DNA of 64,000 nucleotides from Candidatus Kapaibacterium sp. (GCA_963665665.1 OY762428.1:32001-96000), one strand, 5' to 3'. Counted from the stretch's first letter, positions 10,266 to 21,510 are shown. Made by a program: numbers and translations. Notes: generated by a model not told the origin, from the letters alone.

Positions 10266-10928
10266 ATGCTGACGAAATACGGTACGGAAAATATAATTGC
10301 AATGCTTGCCGGCGGAGTACTACTGCTGACAATCGGCTTTTTGATCTCAAAGAACTGGATATCTGTCATTTTCTGGATTCTTGGCGGGCTTTTGATTTTA
10401 TTTACTCTCTGGTTTTTTCGCGACCCGAATCGAAAAATTCCGAAAGAAGCTTTGGAAGACAACAGCTTAATTGTTTGCCCTGCCGACGGGAAAGTTGTTG
10501 AAATTGTTGAGGAACCTGAAAACGTGTATCTCAAGCAGGATTCCAAAAGAATAAGCATATTTCTTTCGCCTCTGGATGTTCACGTGAACAGGATACCAGC
10601 CAGCGGAAAAATAGAATATTTTGAATATATTCCGGGTAAGTACCTTGTGGCTTATCATCCAAAATCGAGCATTAAGAACGAACAGACCCATATAGGCCTT
10701 AGAAATGAACACGGCCAAATATTTTTTAAGCAAATTGTAGGTATTGTGGCACGAAGGCTGGCATGGGATATTAAAACCGGCGATTCCGTGAATGTCGGAG
10801 ATCGCTTCGGGATGATGAAGTTCGGATCCAGAATGGACGTGGCTTTACCAAAGAATTCAGAAATTTTTATAAAAAATGGCCAGACAGTTGTTGCAGGTGA
10901 AACAATTCTGGCAAAACTAAAACAATGA
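10266..10928 (+). CDS. psd: Phosphatidylserine decarboxylase proenzyme
   Basis: WFFRDP, PADGKVV, ISIFLSPLDVHVNR, FGSRMD self-cleavage site; ATG at 10266 preferred. Confidence 0.93.
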   Translation: MLTKYGTENIIAMLAGGVLLLTIGFLISKNWISVIFWILGGLLILFTLWFFRDPNRKIPKEALEDNSLIVCPADGKVVEIVEEPENVYLKQDSKRISIFLSPLDVHVNRIPASGKIEYFEYIPGKYLVAYHPKSSIKNEQTHIGLRNEHGQIFFKQIVGIVARRLAWDIKTGDSVNVGDRFGMMKFGSRMDVALPKNSEIFIKNGQTVVAGETILAKLKQ

Positions 10929-11710
10929 AAATAGTAAAAAGAAGAGTAACAAGATCAATTGTTCCGAATATGTTCACACTCGTGAACCTGTTCGCCGGAT
11001 TCACTGCGATCATTTATATCGCAAAGGAAGAATATGTTACTGCTGCTCTTTTTATCCTTGTTGCATCAATTTTTGATATGCTTGACGGCGTAATGGCACG
11101 CCTTGTACGTGCTACAAGTGAATTCGGTGCAGAACTTGATTCTCTCTGCGATGCCGTTTCATTCGGTGTTGCCCCTGCATTTATGCTTTACAAATCTTAT
11201 TTCCATATCTATGATGATTTTGGGATATTCATGGCTTCTCTGCCTGCTTTGGCAGGTGTTGTCCGCCTGGCAAGATTCAACGTGAAGCTCAGCAGTTTCG
11301 ATGACAAATTATATTTCCACGGTTTACCGATACCCTCTTCAGCACTTACGCTCGTTTCATTTGTTATTTTCATTATCAAGCCGGGATTGATACCTGACGA
11401 ATACCTCGCTGCCTCCTATATTTCAGTAACTGTAGTGGCATCGCTCGCAATGGTTTCGAATATCAGGTTCGATAATCTACCCAGGCCGACAAAGAAATCA
11501 TTTATGCAGAGGCCTGTTGTTTCGATAATATTTTATATTGGCGTTATTGCCTGCGTTGTAACAAAAGGCGGCGCTATCTTCCCGTTCATGATGTTTTATA
11601 TAGTGGTAACATCAGTACGAGATCTGATAAACCGTATAAGGGCAATACGCGGGCCTGTGGACGATATAGACGAAACCGGCGAGGACGAACCCTCGGCCTT
11701 TGATATTTGA
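10925..11710 (+). CDS. pssA: CDP-diacylglycerol--serine O-phosphatidyltransferase
   Basis: CDP-alcohol phosphotransferase motif DMLDGVMAR...GAELDSLCDAVSFG; RLARFN; overlaps psd stop. Confidence 0.93.
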   Translation: MKIVKRRVTRSIVPNMFTLVNLFAGFTAIIYIAKEEYVTAALFILVASIFDMLDGVMARLVRATSEFGAELDSLCDAVSFGVAPAFMLYKSYFHIYDDFGIFMASLPALAGVVRLARFNVKLSSFDDKLYFHGLPIPSSALTLVSFVIFIIKPGLIPDEYLAASYISVTVVASLAMVSNIRFDNLPRPTKKSFMQRPVVSIIFYIGVIACVVTKGGAIFPFMMFYIVVTSVRDLINRIRAIRGPVDDIDETGEDEPSAFDI

Positions 11711-11785
11711 AAACTAATTTCGCTTGATAAATTATTTATTCGTAATTTTGTAAGTTAATTCATATTACTCAGAAAAGGTTTTTCA

Positions 11786-12034
11786 ATGGAAAAATTTAAA
11801 GCACAAATTGAAATTACTTTGAGGGAAGGTATCCTTGACGTTCAGGGAAAAGCAGTTAGAAATGCTCTCCATTCAATGGAATACCCCATGATAGACAATG
11901 TAAGGATCGGTAAATTTGTTACGCTTAGCGTTGATGCCGACAGCAGGGAAAAAGCGATGGAACTGGTTGACGAAGCTTGCAAGAAACTTATCGCCAATCC
12001 AATTATCGAAGATTACAAGATAGTATTAGAATAA
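11786..12034 (+). CDS. purS: Phosphoribosylformylglycinamidine synthase subunit PurS
   Basis: [24 protein letters not shown]. Confidence 0.95.
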   Translation: MEKFKAQIEITLREGILDVQGKAVRNALHSMEYPMIDNVRIGKFVTLSVDADSREKAMELVDEACKKLIANPIIEDYKIVLE

Positions 12035-12059
12035 TTTTATCAATAATCAGGACTTTTTC

Positions 12060-12752
12060 ATGAAGTACGGAGTAGTTGTTTTTCCCGGTTCAAATTGCGA
12101 TCATGATGCATTTTATGCAACTTCCGTTAATGCCGGTGAAAAAGCCGAATTTCTTTGGCACAAGGACAGGTCGATTCCTGATGATATAGATTGTATAATT
12201 CTTCCCGGTGGTTTCTCTTATGGCGATTACCTGCGTTGCGGCGCTATTTCCAGATTTTCACCGATTATGAAAGAAGTTGTTAGTTTTGCCGGAAAAGGCA
12301 AGCCTGTTATCGGAATTTGTAACGGATTCCAGATCCTTACGGAATCAGGGCTTCTTCCGGGAACTTTACTTAGGAATAACTCACTCAATTTTATTTGTAA
12401 GGATATTTACCTTAAAACATTGAATAATTCCACAACATTTACGTCGCTAATATCCGAAGGCGGAGTTCTGAGAATTCCTATTGCACACGGTGAAGGTAAC
12501 TACTTTGCGGAACCGGATGTAATAAAAGAACTGGAAGATAACAACAGGGTTGCCTTCAGATACTGCGATAGCGAAGGAAATGTGGTTGAAAGCGCAAATC
12601 CAAACGGTTCAATCAATAATATCGCCGGTATCCTGAACGAAACAGGGAATGTTCTTGGAATGATGCCCCACCCCGAAAGATATTCCGACAAAGCTGTCGG
12701 ATGCGATGACGGGCTGGTAATTTTTAAATCGATTGCTGAGAATTTTAAATAA
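12060..12752 (+). CDS. purQ: Phosphoribosylformylglycinamidine synthase subunit PurQ
   Basis: [40 protein letters not shown]. Confidence 0.96.
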   Translation: MKYGVVVFPGSNCDHDAFYATSVNAGEKAEFLWHKDRSIPDDIDCIILPGGFSYGDYLRCGAISRFSPIMKEVVSFAGKGKPVIGICNGFQILTESGLLPGTLLRNNSLNFICKDIYLKTLNNSTTFTSLISEGGVLRIPIAHGEGNYFAEPDVIKELEDNNRVAFRYCDSEGNVVESANPNGSINNIAGILNETGNVLGMMPHPERYSDKAVGCDDGLVIFKSIAENFK

Positions 12753-12767
12753 TATTCGGAGAAGAAA

Positions 12768-12953
12768 ATGCCATTTAATCTTGGCTTTGGAGAAATACTC
12801 CTTATCGTTGCAGTTATTGCTCTTTTATTCGGCGGGAAAAAGATTCCCGAATTGATGAAGGGCCTTGGCTCCGGTATTAAGGAATTCAAGCAGGCTGCAA
12901 ACGAAGACGAAAACGATAAGAAGAAGATAGACGAGAAAAACGAAAAAGCTTAG
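12768..12953 (+). CDS. tatA: Twin-arginine translocase TatA
   Basis: TM helix, FGGKKIPEL, amphipathic [10 protein letters not shown]. Confidence 0.93.
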   Translation: MPFNLGFGEILLIVAVIALLFGGKKIPELMKGLGSGIKEFKQAANEDENDKKKIDEKNEKA

Positions 12954-13051
12954 TCTGATTCTTCCGGCATTTTTCAAAACCCGGATTTATAACTCAATAT
13001 TTCCGGGTATTTTTTAAACAGCCATTTTGTAACAATTTTTAAATTAACTCC

Positions 13052-13594
13052 ATGTTTGACATCGGCGGACCAGAATTAATTGTTATAGTACTTGCTTTCA
13101 TCATTCTTTTCGGACCCAAGAAGCTGCCCGAAATGGTTCAGATGTTTACGAAAGGCATAAGGCAGTTCCGCCAGGCACAGGCTCAGGTAAAAAAACAATT
13201 CGATGACATTAGCGCAGATATGCAGCAGGCAGCCAACCTGGATTCCCTGCAGGAATTAAGAGATGAAATAAAGGAAATTGACCCGAGAAAGGCTGTTTCT
13301 TATAAATATCAGAAAGCTCAGGACCTTAGTATAAAAAACGTTCCCGATTCCGAGGAGGAATTCACCGAGTTACAAAAAACAAAACGAAACAGAGACACAG
13401 GTTTTAGCGTAAAGCCTCCTTCCGGAGAATCAATTGCCCGTGGAAATGATACTGCTGATATACCCCAGAAAAAATCCGCTTCGGAACAATCATCCAAAGA
13501 AAAAACATCGGAGCCGGAAGCCCCGAAAGAGAAAATCGAAGAGAAAAAAACTCCCGATTCAGAAGAAAATGACAACTCCAAAAAAGACATTTAG
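13052..13594 (+). CDS. tatB: Twin-arginine translocase TatB
   Basis: MFDIGGPEL..FGPKKLPE; long charged C-terminal tail. Confidence 0.85.
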   Translation: MFDIGGPELIVIVLAFIILFGPKKLPEMVQMFTKGIRQFRQAQAQVKKQFDDISADMQQAANLDSLQELRDEIKEIDPRKAVSYKYQKAQDLSIKNVPDSEEEFTELQKTKRNRDTGFSVKPPSGESIARGNDTADIPQKKSASEQSSKEKTSEPEAPKEKIEEKKTPDSEENDNSKKDI

Positions 13595-14954
13595 AGATTT
13601 ACAAAAACATTTCTTATCACGGCCGGAACTGATAATTGAACACTACCGGCAATACAAATCCAATATATCAAACACATTAAATAATAATATTTTCATTACA
13701 TTAAACGATTTACCTGAGAAAGAGTTCTTATCAGAAACCTTACTCAGATATAAAAATGAAACTATCCGGCAACTCGAAGGAATGATTGTTTCAGTGAAGG
13801 ATAATATCAATGTACGTGGAATGAAAATGACATGCGCCTCTGCCCTGCTTTCCGAACATCAATCTCTTTATGACGCGCAAATTATTGAGGCTCTGAAAAA
13901 TGCAGGAGCTTTGATTATCGGAAAAACTAACCTTGATGAATTTGCCATGGGCAGTTCAAATGAAACTTCCTATTTCGGCCCAACTTCGAATCCGTTAGAT
14001 TCAAGCTTAGTTCCGGGAGGTTCATCCGGAGGCGCGGCTGCAAGCGTTGCAGCAGGAACATGTGATATAGCAATAGGCTCGGATACTGGCGGTTCTGTGA
14101 GGCAGCCCGCGGCGTTTTGCGCTGTAACAGGCTTCAAACCCGGCTATGGCAAATTATCAAGATACGGGCTTACAGCGTTTGCTTCATCGCTGGATACAAT
14201 TGGAATTATCGGGAAAACTATTGATGATATTTCCCTTGCTTATGATGTGATGAAGGACACAAATTTCAAGGATCGAACCGCAAATAACGAGGCTGATATT
14301 TCGATTGGCCAGAAGCCTGTCATAGGATACATTGATATAAACAAGTACGAATTTGTTTCAAAGGAAGTGAAAAACGATTATATCAATGTAATTCAACATC
14401 TTAAAGTGAAAAATTACAAACTTGAGCGTATCGAGCTACCTTTTGAAAAATACCTTTTGCCGGTCTATTATATTATATCATCTGCAGAGGCAAGCTCTAA
14501 CCTTGCAAGGTATGATGGCATCAGGATAAAAAATTCAAATGGACAACCAGTAGATATTGAATCATTCAGATCAGCTAATTTTGGTGAGGAAGTAAAAAGG
14601 AGAATACTGAACGGAGTTTATATCCTTTCCGAGGGTTATTATGACAGATATTTTTCCAAAGCTGAATATATCAGGCAGAAGTTTACTTGTGAAATGGAAA
14701 AGTTGTTCCTTAATACAGATTATTTGATCCTGCCGACAACGCCAACCCTGCCATTTAAGATTGCTTCTGTGAAAGATCCGAAAGAAATGTACCGCTCGGA
14801 TTATTTCACCGTTCCAGCCAGCTTAGCCGGCCTGCCAGCTATAAGCATCCCCTGTTACAATAGTGGCAATAACATACCTGCATCAATTCAGATAATATCA
14901 TCCAAGAATACAGAATATTCTCTTCTTGACTTTGCCTGCAAATTAAAAAATTGA
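13569..14954 (+). CDS. gatA: Glu/Asp-tRNA amidotransferase subunit A (amidase family)
   Basis: VKDNI, GKTNLDEFAMGSS, PGGSSGG, GSDTGGSVRQP, AEASSNLARYDG, FGEEVKRRI; ATG at 13569 overlaps the tatB end. Confidence 0.9.
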   Translation: MTTPKKTFRDLQKHFLSRPELIIEHYRQYKSNISNTLNNNIFITLNDLPEKEFLSETLLRYKNETIRQLEGMIVSVKDNINVRGMKMTCASALLSEHQSLYDAQIIEALKNAGALIIGKTNLDEFAMGSSNETSYFGPTSNPLDSSLVPGGSSGGAAASVAAGTCDIAIGSDTGGSVRQPAAFCAVTGFKPGYGKLSRYGLTAFASSLDTIGIIGKTIDDISLAYDVMKDTNFKDRTANNEADISIGQKPVIGYIDINKYEFVSKEVKNDYINVIQHLKVKNYKLERIELPFEKYLLPVYYIISSAEASSNLARYDGIRIKNSNGQPVDIESFRSANFGEEVKRRILNGVYILSEGYYDRYFSKAEYIRQKFTCEMEKLFLNTDYLILPTTPTLPFKIASVKDPKEMYRSDYFTVPASLAGLPAISIPCYNSGNNIPASIQIISSKNTEYSLLDFACKLKN

Positions 14955-15051
14955 TTGATATAGAAGAAAACGTATGGTTTTTGATGTACACATAAAGTAG
15001 CCAAATGAGAAGATAATTATATGATGTTAGAAAATTTACGGACTATTTTAG

Positions 15052-16665
15052 TCAGTTTAAAACAATAAATTTATCACCGTCGAACCAGTAATCCTTAGTA
15101 TATACATTTACAGGATCAACTTTGATATATGCTTCGGCCCTTGGATAATACCCTCCTGTATTAATGATCTCGATTTTTGTTGAATCCCGGTAATCTGTCC
15201 ATTCCTCATCTTTGAATAAGGAAGTTGACTTGCCGCCCTGTAGTAAAAATCTAGAGCTATCAGCAGAAAACTTGTAGTAATTGTTGGAAATTTTCTTAAT
15301 ACTGATCTTTGTTTTCGGACTGCACTCAATCCTTAACGGCGAACGAATATCAATTGCCATATTGGAGGTAGCATATTGAAATGTTTGCTGTAATCCAATT
15401 TTCATTGCGTTAATTCTATCAAACTTATCCGGCACACAAAATATCCTGAGCATTGTTCTGTCCGGGTTTTTCATCTCTTTCATGTTGGAAACAACATCTG
15501 TAACTTTTTTACCAGCCGCAACCCACTTTTCCATTTGATCCATATTCTGCCCTGACAGTAACAGCAAAGTAAGTATAACCAAACTGCCATTAATAAAATA
15601 GCTTATTTGCTTAGATCTGAATTCAAGTACAGACGCGAATGCAATAAACAACCCGAAAGATGCAGCAAACATATACCAACGCATCAATAATGGTAAAGCA
15701 GGTATTATGAATATCCCAAACCACAACAAACCAAACCTGAAAAGATTTTTTCTCGGTTTAGAAATATTTTTAAGTTGTTTGAGAATTGAAAATATAAAAA
15801 TTGATGCAATAAGAGCTAATAAAAACATCAATAAATAATTATTAGCAATATAGTAAATATATTTCTCCAGGGTTTCAGGTGTAAAAAAGCTAAGTGGTAT
15901 ATATACCAGTAAATTATTGGCCATAGAAATTACTGATATGTTATTCAGATTATCGGACTCGAGCAAGCTGCCTCCGATAATAATTTGTCTTAAAACAATA
16001 ACCAATATGATCAACCCCATAGATAAGGCAGAATACCAGAAGGCATCTTTAAGTGCATAATTATTTCTTTTGATAACAGTTAATAGAATAAACGGAATGA
16101 AAAGCCCCATAAAGCTTAGCTCCTTGCTTAAAAGTGCGGCAAGGAAAGCAATAATTGACACAACTATGAATACAATAGATTTATTTTTTATATATTTTAC
16201 CAAAAATATTGTATGTAATATCAGAAATAATGCAGCCATTGTATCTCCGCGTACAGCTATCCAGCCAAGAAATAATTCATGAACCGGGGCTGCAAGGAAA
16301 ATAATGGAGACTGCAAAAGCTGCTAAATGATCGATACCGACTTCAAGCATTAAGTAACCTGCTGCAATAACAACAGATATGTAAACAATAAAATTAAATA
16401 AATGAAAATAAAATGCCTCGAAACCAAAGAAATATAATGTAAGTGAATGAGTAATATTTACAAGAGGCCTCCAGTAAAATCCAGATACATCAGTTTGCCA
16501 GAATGGCCTGAAGCAATCAATAAAATTTTCCGGATTGTGCCATCCCACTATCTGAAAGTCGTCATTCAAAAATGGAATATTGAGCGCACCAAACCAAATT
16601 ACAATTCCGGATAAAATCAATAAACCCGGAAAAGCAAATTTTAAAATTTTTTGTTCATTTAGCAT
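15052..16665 (-). CDS. Multi-pass membrane GT-C-fold glycosyltransferase (PMT/ArnT-like)
   Basis: NDD loop after TM1, YWRPL, ALLSKE, RWY motifs and many TM helices; ATG at 16665 lies right after the porZ stop. Confidence 0.7.
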   Translation of the reverse strand: MLNEQKILKFAFPGLLILSGIVIWFGALNIPFLNDDFQIVGWHNPENFIDCFRPFWQTDVSGFYWRPLVNITHSLTLYFFGFEAFYFHLFNFIVYISVVIAAGYLMLEVGIDHLAAFAVSIIFLAAPVHELFLGWIAVRGDTMAALFLILHTIFLVKYIKNKSIVFIVVSIIAFLAALLSKELSFMGLFIPFILLTVIKRNNYALKDAFWYSALSMGLIILVIVLRQIIIGGSLLESDNLNNISVISMANNLLVYIPLSFFTPETLEKYIYYIANNYLLMFLLALIASIFIFSILKQLKNISKPRKNLFRFGLLWFGIFIIPALPLLMRWYMFAASFGLFIAFASVLEFRSKQISYFINGSLVILTLLLLSGQNMDQMEKWVAAGKKVTDVVSNMKEMKNPDRTMLRIFCVPDKFDRINAMKIGLQQTFQYATSNMAIDIRSPLRIECSPKTKISIKKISNNYYKFSADSSRFLLQGGKSTSLFKDEEWTDYRDSTKIEIINTGGYYPRAEAYIKVDPVNVYTKDYWFDGDKFIVLN

Positions 16666-16666
16666 A

Positions 16667-18907
16667 TTACTTTCTGATAACAGCAATCTTTGCTACAGAA
16701 TCCTCATCGGTTGTTTCAGATGAAGCGAGAATTAAATAAACACCGCTTGATACCAGGTCTCCTCTTTCATCACGTCCGTCCCACACGGCTGTTCTTCCAT
16801 AAGCCCTGATATTTCTTATCAATTTGCCGCCAATTGTAACAATCCTGATATCTGTGTCAGCAGCAAGGCCTTCAATTATCAACTCGTCCTGTTTTCCCGG
16901 ATCATAAGGTTGCGGGTAGCATTTAATATCGTAAACAATATCAGGTTTAACGGACAAGCTTTTTGCGACACTAAGCCCGAATTTCGTTCCGAAGAAAATC
17001 CTTCCCGTATTCGGATCATGAGCAAGTGATAATACTTCATTACTTGATAAAGGTGAGTTTGAAACGGTGATATTGTCAACATAAATTCCTTCCTGATCAA
17101 ATATCCAAACACCATTGTTGGTCGCAATCCACTTATTATTTAAAGCATCAACCACAATATCATTGATTTTCTGACTGCTTAGGTCGCTGATCTCTTTTCT
17201 GATAACTGTTGTGGCCCCGGATATAACTGAAGAAGGATTGATCATAACAGACATTCCTGAAACGGTTCCAATCCAAAGCCATCCGTTTTTATCCACAGCA
17301 AGAGCAGATTGATCCATATCAAGAATATTTGAATTGTAAGTGGCAAACAACCCATACTTATCGTCATTAATATTACCCGGAGTATTGGTTTCATTGAAAT
17401 AATAAAGGCCCATGGCATTTGTAGAGCCAAGCCATTTAGTACCGTTAATATCAATTTCCAGTTGGCTGTAAAATCTTTTATTTACTCCAAGGTAATTATC
17501 ATATTCTTCCCAGTTGCCCTGGCTGTCAAGGCTCAGAAGTAAGGGGCCGCTTTCATCTCCACCGTAAACAACAAACCAGATAGTACCATACCTGTCAATA
17601 TCAGAGGCACCAATCACCGGGTAATTTCCTAAATCGGGAAAATCATTCTGGTCGATATAGTCAAAAATCCAGTTGCCGGAAGAATTTTCCAGAAGTAATA
17701 CACCATGCCCCCAACTTGAAACACTGATAATTCCATTGTCATGCGCCTTGATCTTGTAATAAGTTGTGATATTTTCAAGATCCGGATAATTTACCTTATC
17801 AAAATTAAACCATTTGTCATCTTCTAAATAATTGAACCCAAGTCCGCTGTTTTTCGTTCCGTCTGAGCATGTCCATAACCTGCCCTCTGAATCGACATCC
17901 ATACTAACAAATTGGTTGGCCGCCGGAGTTTGGGGAACTAAGTATCTGATTGTATCGCCCTGATACAATCCCAGGCCATTATCCCTGAAGTGCAGAAAAA
18001 CCATCAGATCATCATTTCTGTCAACAACCTGAATATCAGTAATAATATCGTCAAATTCAAGAGGTATCCCTCCCTGATCTAACTCCATAAAGTTCCATCC
18101 GGCAGTAAAATATAATTTATTTCCTCCGCCGCCCATACCGTATATTCTGTCTTCATAAGCAATTTGAAAAGTATCTGATTCCAATACGGATATTTTTTTT
18201 AAATCATGTATATATAATTTACCCTTAGCTACGTTCATGCCAAGCAGGTCATCAGGAACACCAACTTCAGGCCCATAATTATTCCAATTGTCAGGTCCAA
18301 AATTAGGTGCATCCAGGGAAATTGAAGCCAAACCGTTATTGGTCATTACCCACAAATCTCCCTGAAATACTTCCATGTAATAAATTTCAGTATTCGACGG
18401 AAAAGTACCGAATTTGAGAATGGTTTCAATGAAGCGGTCATTAACAGGATTAAATATCGCCAAACCAAAACCACCGGCAATAAATACTTTGTCATCAATT
18501 ATCTTAATATCATTGATGGTAGGGTTCGGAGTATCGTAATCTTTTATACTCAGATCATGGCTCCATTCATAATTTTCAGAAACAATTTCCAGGTATCCCT
18601 CGCCCGTACCGATAAATATTTTCTTCCTTGCAGTATCACAGGCTATGGCAGTAGTATTAAGGGTAAGCAGAGCATCAATATTTCTGAACTCGCGATATTC
18701 GTCGGTTTCAAAATTATAATTATAAACTCCGCCAGCCGTTACGGCCCAAAGCCTTCCCTGTGAATCGAAATCAATATCTCTTGATTCATACATGGAAGAA
18801 TGAGTTTCCCAATCGGTAAGCCTTACCTGAGCAGAAAGCCCGGAGGAAAATAATAATACAAAATCGATCAATAAAAGAAAACTTAATGTTCTGTTTGTGC
18901 CAGACAT
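16667..18907 (-). CDS. porZ: T9SS surface component PorZ (two beta-propellers + CTD)
   Basis: WETHSS N-terminus, VDALNNKWIAT, NSPLSSNEVL, YPQPY..GL...IRIVTIGGKL..AVWDGRDERG.LVSSGVY..KIAVIRK. Confidence 0.85.
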   Translation of the reverse strand: MSGTNRTLSFLLLIDFVLLFSSGLSAQVRLTDWETHSSMYESRDIDFDSQGRLWAVTAGGVYNYNFETDEYREFRNIDALLTLNTTAIACDTARKKIFIGTGEGYLEIVSENYEWSHDLSIKDYDTPNPTINDIKIIDDKVFIAGGFGLAIFNPVNDRFIETILKFGTFPSNTEIYYMEVFQGDLWVMTNNGLASISLDAPNFGPDNWNNYGPEVGVPDDLLGMNVAKGKLYIHDLKKISVLESDTFQIAYEDRIYGMGGGGNKLYFTAGWNFMELDQGGIPLEFDDIITDIQVVDRNDDLMVFLHFRDNGLGLYQGDTIRYLVPQTPAANQFVSMDVDSEGRLWTCSDGTKNSGLGFNYLEDDKWFNFDKVNYPDLENITTYYKIKAHDNGIISVSSWGHGVLLLENSSGNWIFDYIDQNDFPDLGNYPVIGASDIDRYGTIWFVVYGGDESGPLLLSLDSQGNWEEYDNYLGVNKRFYSQLEIDINGTKWLGSTNAMGLYYFNETNTPGNINDDKYGLFATYNSNILDMDQSALAVDKNGWLWIGTVSGMSVMINPSSVISGATTVIRKEISDLSSQKINDIVVDALNNKWIATNNGVWIFDQEGIYVDNITVSNSPLSSNEVLSLAHDPNTGRIFFGTKFGLSVAKSLSVKPDIVYDIKCYPQPYDPGKQDELIIEGLAADTDIRIVTIGGKLIRNIRAYGRTAVWDGRDERGDLVSSGVYLILASSETTDEDSVAKIAVIRK

Positions 18908-18966
18908 AATAATTCCCGTTTCGTGTGCAACAAATTTTAAAACGGTACTTAATTAACCATAATCCT

Positions 18967-19434
18967 CTATTTCAATGCTGATAATAATGATACCATTTCA
19001 ATAGCGGAAGTTGCAGCTTCAAATCCTTTGTTACCTGCTTTCGAGCCTGAACGTTCAATAGCCTGTTCGATAGTATCGGTTGTAAGAACACCGAAAATAC
19101 AGGGAACGCCTGTTTCAAGTGATACATTTGCTATCCCTTTGGAAACTTCGTTGGAAATATAATCGAAATGCGGAGTAGAACCTCTGATAACTGCTCCAAG
19201 TGCAACAACAGCATCGTACTTGCCTGATTCGGCGAATTTTTTTACAACAAGAGGTATTTCATAAGCCCCGGGACAATATGCTACGGTAATGCTTTTATCT
19301 TCAACATTATGCCTTCTGAAAGCGTCAAGAGAACCTTCAAGAAGCTTTCCGGCAACGAATTCATTCCATCTTGAAACAACTATTGCAAAAGATTTCCCCT
19401 GCGCCTCGTAAATACCTTCAATAACTTTCACCAT
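18967..19434 (-). CDS. ribH: 6,7-dimethyl-8-ribityllumazine synthase
   Basis: [39 protein letters not shown]. Confidence 0.97.
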   Translation of the reverse strand: MVKVIEGIYEAQGKSFAIVVSRWNEFVAGKLLEGSLDAFRRHNVEDKSITVAYCPGAYEIPLVVKKFAESGKYDAVVALGAVIRGSTPHFDYISNEVSKGIANVSLETGVPCIFGVLTTDTIEQAIERSGSKAGNKGFEAATSAIEMVSLLSALK

Positions 19435-19627
19435 TTTTTACCTCTTTTAAATAGAATTTGCCATATCTCAAACCTGCAAGGTATATTTTTGAGATTAAAC
19501 GGGCAAGAGATATTTTCATTTTTACCCTCCGGTAATTCATTTTTAACGATTTGTAACTTAAAATAGTTTGTTTTTTCCTTATTTCTAATTTATCTTGAAA
19601 AAAGAAATTTTAAATTTGGAGAAAAGA

Positions 19628-20557
19628 ATGGATATTATCGACGGCACTTATATCAAAGCAGGCAAAAAAAGCCTTTACGCGAAAGCAACCGGCAGGGGCA
19701 ACCCTGCTATTGTTATTGAAACTGCTCTTGGCAGTTTATCAGCAGAATGGACTTCAATTCAGTATGAATTATCAAACATGACAACAGTTATTAGTTATGA
19801 CCGCGCCGGATACGGGGAAAGCGCTCCAGGCAATTCACCGAGAACGAGCGATACCATAGCATCCGAACTAAAGGAAATGCTTGACAACACGGGAATTCCC
19901 GGACCTTATATCTTTATTGGTTCATCGCTTGGCGGATTGTACCTTCAGCATTTCGCAAAAAAATATCCTGATATGGTTTCAGGTCTGGTTTTCGCTGATA
20001 CCATAACAACAGGTATTGAGAAAGTTGAAAACGGAGACACTCCATACTATAAAGAAAATGCCTCGACAAAAGTCAGGATTGATAACGTAAGGCCACTGGC
20101 TGAACTTGAAAACAGTGAATTTGAAAAAATTGTGACACCATTCCTACAGAAGTTATATCCCGGTTTTCCGGATGCTATTCGCTCGCAGCTGATAGCATAC
20201 CAGACAGACCAGAACCTGTATAAAACCGTAATAGACGAGCACGACTCGATGATGCAGAGTATTGAAGACATAAAAAATGCAGGAGATTTTCCGGATGTTC
20301 CGGTAAAAATTATCTGCCGCGACCCAAGAGCTATGATAAAATTATCTTCAAAAATTGGAATCCCGGAAGAAGAAGCGAGATATATTGAAGAAACCTGGAT
20401 GGAGGAACAGAAAGCGCTTGCTTCTAATTTTAAACAATGCGATTTGATTGTTGCCGAGAATTCAGACCACCAGATGCACTTTTCAAATCCTAAAGCAATT
20501 ATTGACTGCGTAAACGAACTGATTATGCAGACAGGTAATTTTGTTGAACTTGGATAG
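19628..20557 (+). CDS. Alpha/beta hydrolase
   Basis: YDRAGYGES, GSSLGG elbow, C-terminal SDH; ATG at 19628 preferred over TTG at 19595. Confidence 0.85.
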   Translation: MDIIDGTYIKAGKKSLYAKATGRGNPAIVIETALGSLSAEWTSIQYELSNMTTVISYDRAGYGESAPGNSPRTSDTIASELKEMLDNTGIPGPYIFIGSSLGGLYLQHFAKKYPDMVSGLVFADTITTGIEKVENGDTPYYKENASTKVRIDNVRPLAELENSEFEKIVTPFLQKLYPGFPDAIRSQLIAYQTDQNLYKTVIDEHDSMMQSIEDIKNAGDFPDVPVKIICRDPRAMIKLSSKIGIPEEEARYIEETWMEEQKALASNFKQCDLIVAENSDHQMHFSNPKAIIDCVNELIMQTGNFVELG

Positions 20558-20567
20558 AGCCAATTAC

Positions 20568-20606
20568 AAAATCGCCCGGCAGCTTTCGGATACCGGGCGA
20601 TTTTTT
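20568..20606. terminator. Bidirectional rho-independent terminator
   Basis: AAAATCGCCCGG...CCGGGCGATTTTTT between convergent genes. Confidence 0.85.
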
Positions 20607-20641
20607 AGTTTATTTAGAAATTATTAGAAAATCAATAAATT

Positions 20642-21469
20642 TTAACGAATATATTTATAAATAAATTTCTGGCTGGGTTGATTATTTTTATCATAAAATA
20701 TTTCTTCTACTTTATTACAATATTTATCATAACGGGCTGTACTCTTCCATAATAGTTTTTCTTCGCCATCGGTTTTTGTGTAAATCAACCATTCAATCAT
20801 ATTGCCATTAGCATCATACTTTTTCAAATGCCTGTATATTAAATTATCAAAATTATCCAATCTTATTTCTTCAATCATATAACCATGTTGGTCATATTTA
20901 TATCGTTTCTTTTCAGATAACTTACCATTGTCTTCATATCTATTAGTCCCGGTTTTCCTACCGCTTGAATCATAGAATAAAAATGTTGTATAGCTGCCAT
21001 TTATTCCTAACGGATCAGAATTACTAGAATGTAATTCTTCTTCAACTAGGCGGCCATTATCATCATATTTTCTAATATATTTCGATATTTGTGTTTGGCC
21101 ATCATACATATCTTTTCGCTCAATTAAATTTCCATGGACATCCAGTTTCATTGTGAATATACCTGTAAACTCGCCTGATAATTTATAAAGACTATCAACA
21201 ATTATATTTTGATTAAAATTGAAATGCACCTTCCTCAAAATTGTATCATTATGGTATGCAATTTTTTCAACAGGGACTCCTTGATCATTATATTTTGACA
21301 CCAGGAAACGATCTATCGAGCTTGAATCAATTATTCCTGATTTGTAATTATATAAATATCCGGTCATTTCAGTAAATCCGCCATTTATGGTGTCTCGGTA
21401 TGTTATCTGCGAATAGCTGAAATTTGAGAAAATTGATAGTAATATTGCGATTAGGAGTAGTTTTTTCAT
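20642..21469 (-). CDS. Secreted YD-repeat-like beta-strand protein, function unknown
   Basis: Signal peptide MKKLLL..SYS; repeated Y.YD..G...E units (YDDNGRLVEE, YDSSGRK, YDQHGYMIEE, YDANGNMIE). Confidence 0.7.
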   Translation of the reverse strand: MKKLLLIAILLSIFSNFSYSQITYRDTINGGFTEMTGYLYNYKSGIIDSSSIDRFLVSKYNDQGVPVEKIAYHNDTILRKVHFNFNQNIIVDSLYKLSGEFTGIFTMKLDVHGNLIERKDMYDGQTQISKYIRKYDDNGRLVEEELHSSNSDPLGINGSYTTFLFYDSSGRKTGTNRYEDNGKLSEKKRYKYDQHGYMIEEIRLDNFDNLIYRHLKKYDANGNMIEWLIYTKTDGEEKLLWKSTARYDKYCNKVEEIFYDKNNQPSQKFIYKYIR

Positions 21470-21510
21470 AATATCTTCAATCAAATTAATAAAATATAAA
21501 TCATTGGTTC

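Noticed and set aside
13434-13568. Long Lys/Arg-rich N-terminal extension of GatA and similar upstream extensions of psd, actB and folE in the ORF track
   Set aside because: These come from earliest-start calling through neighbouring genes or spacers; downstream ATGs fit the families better.
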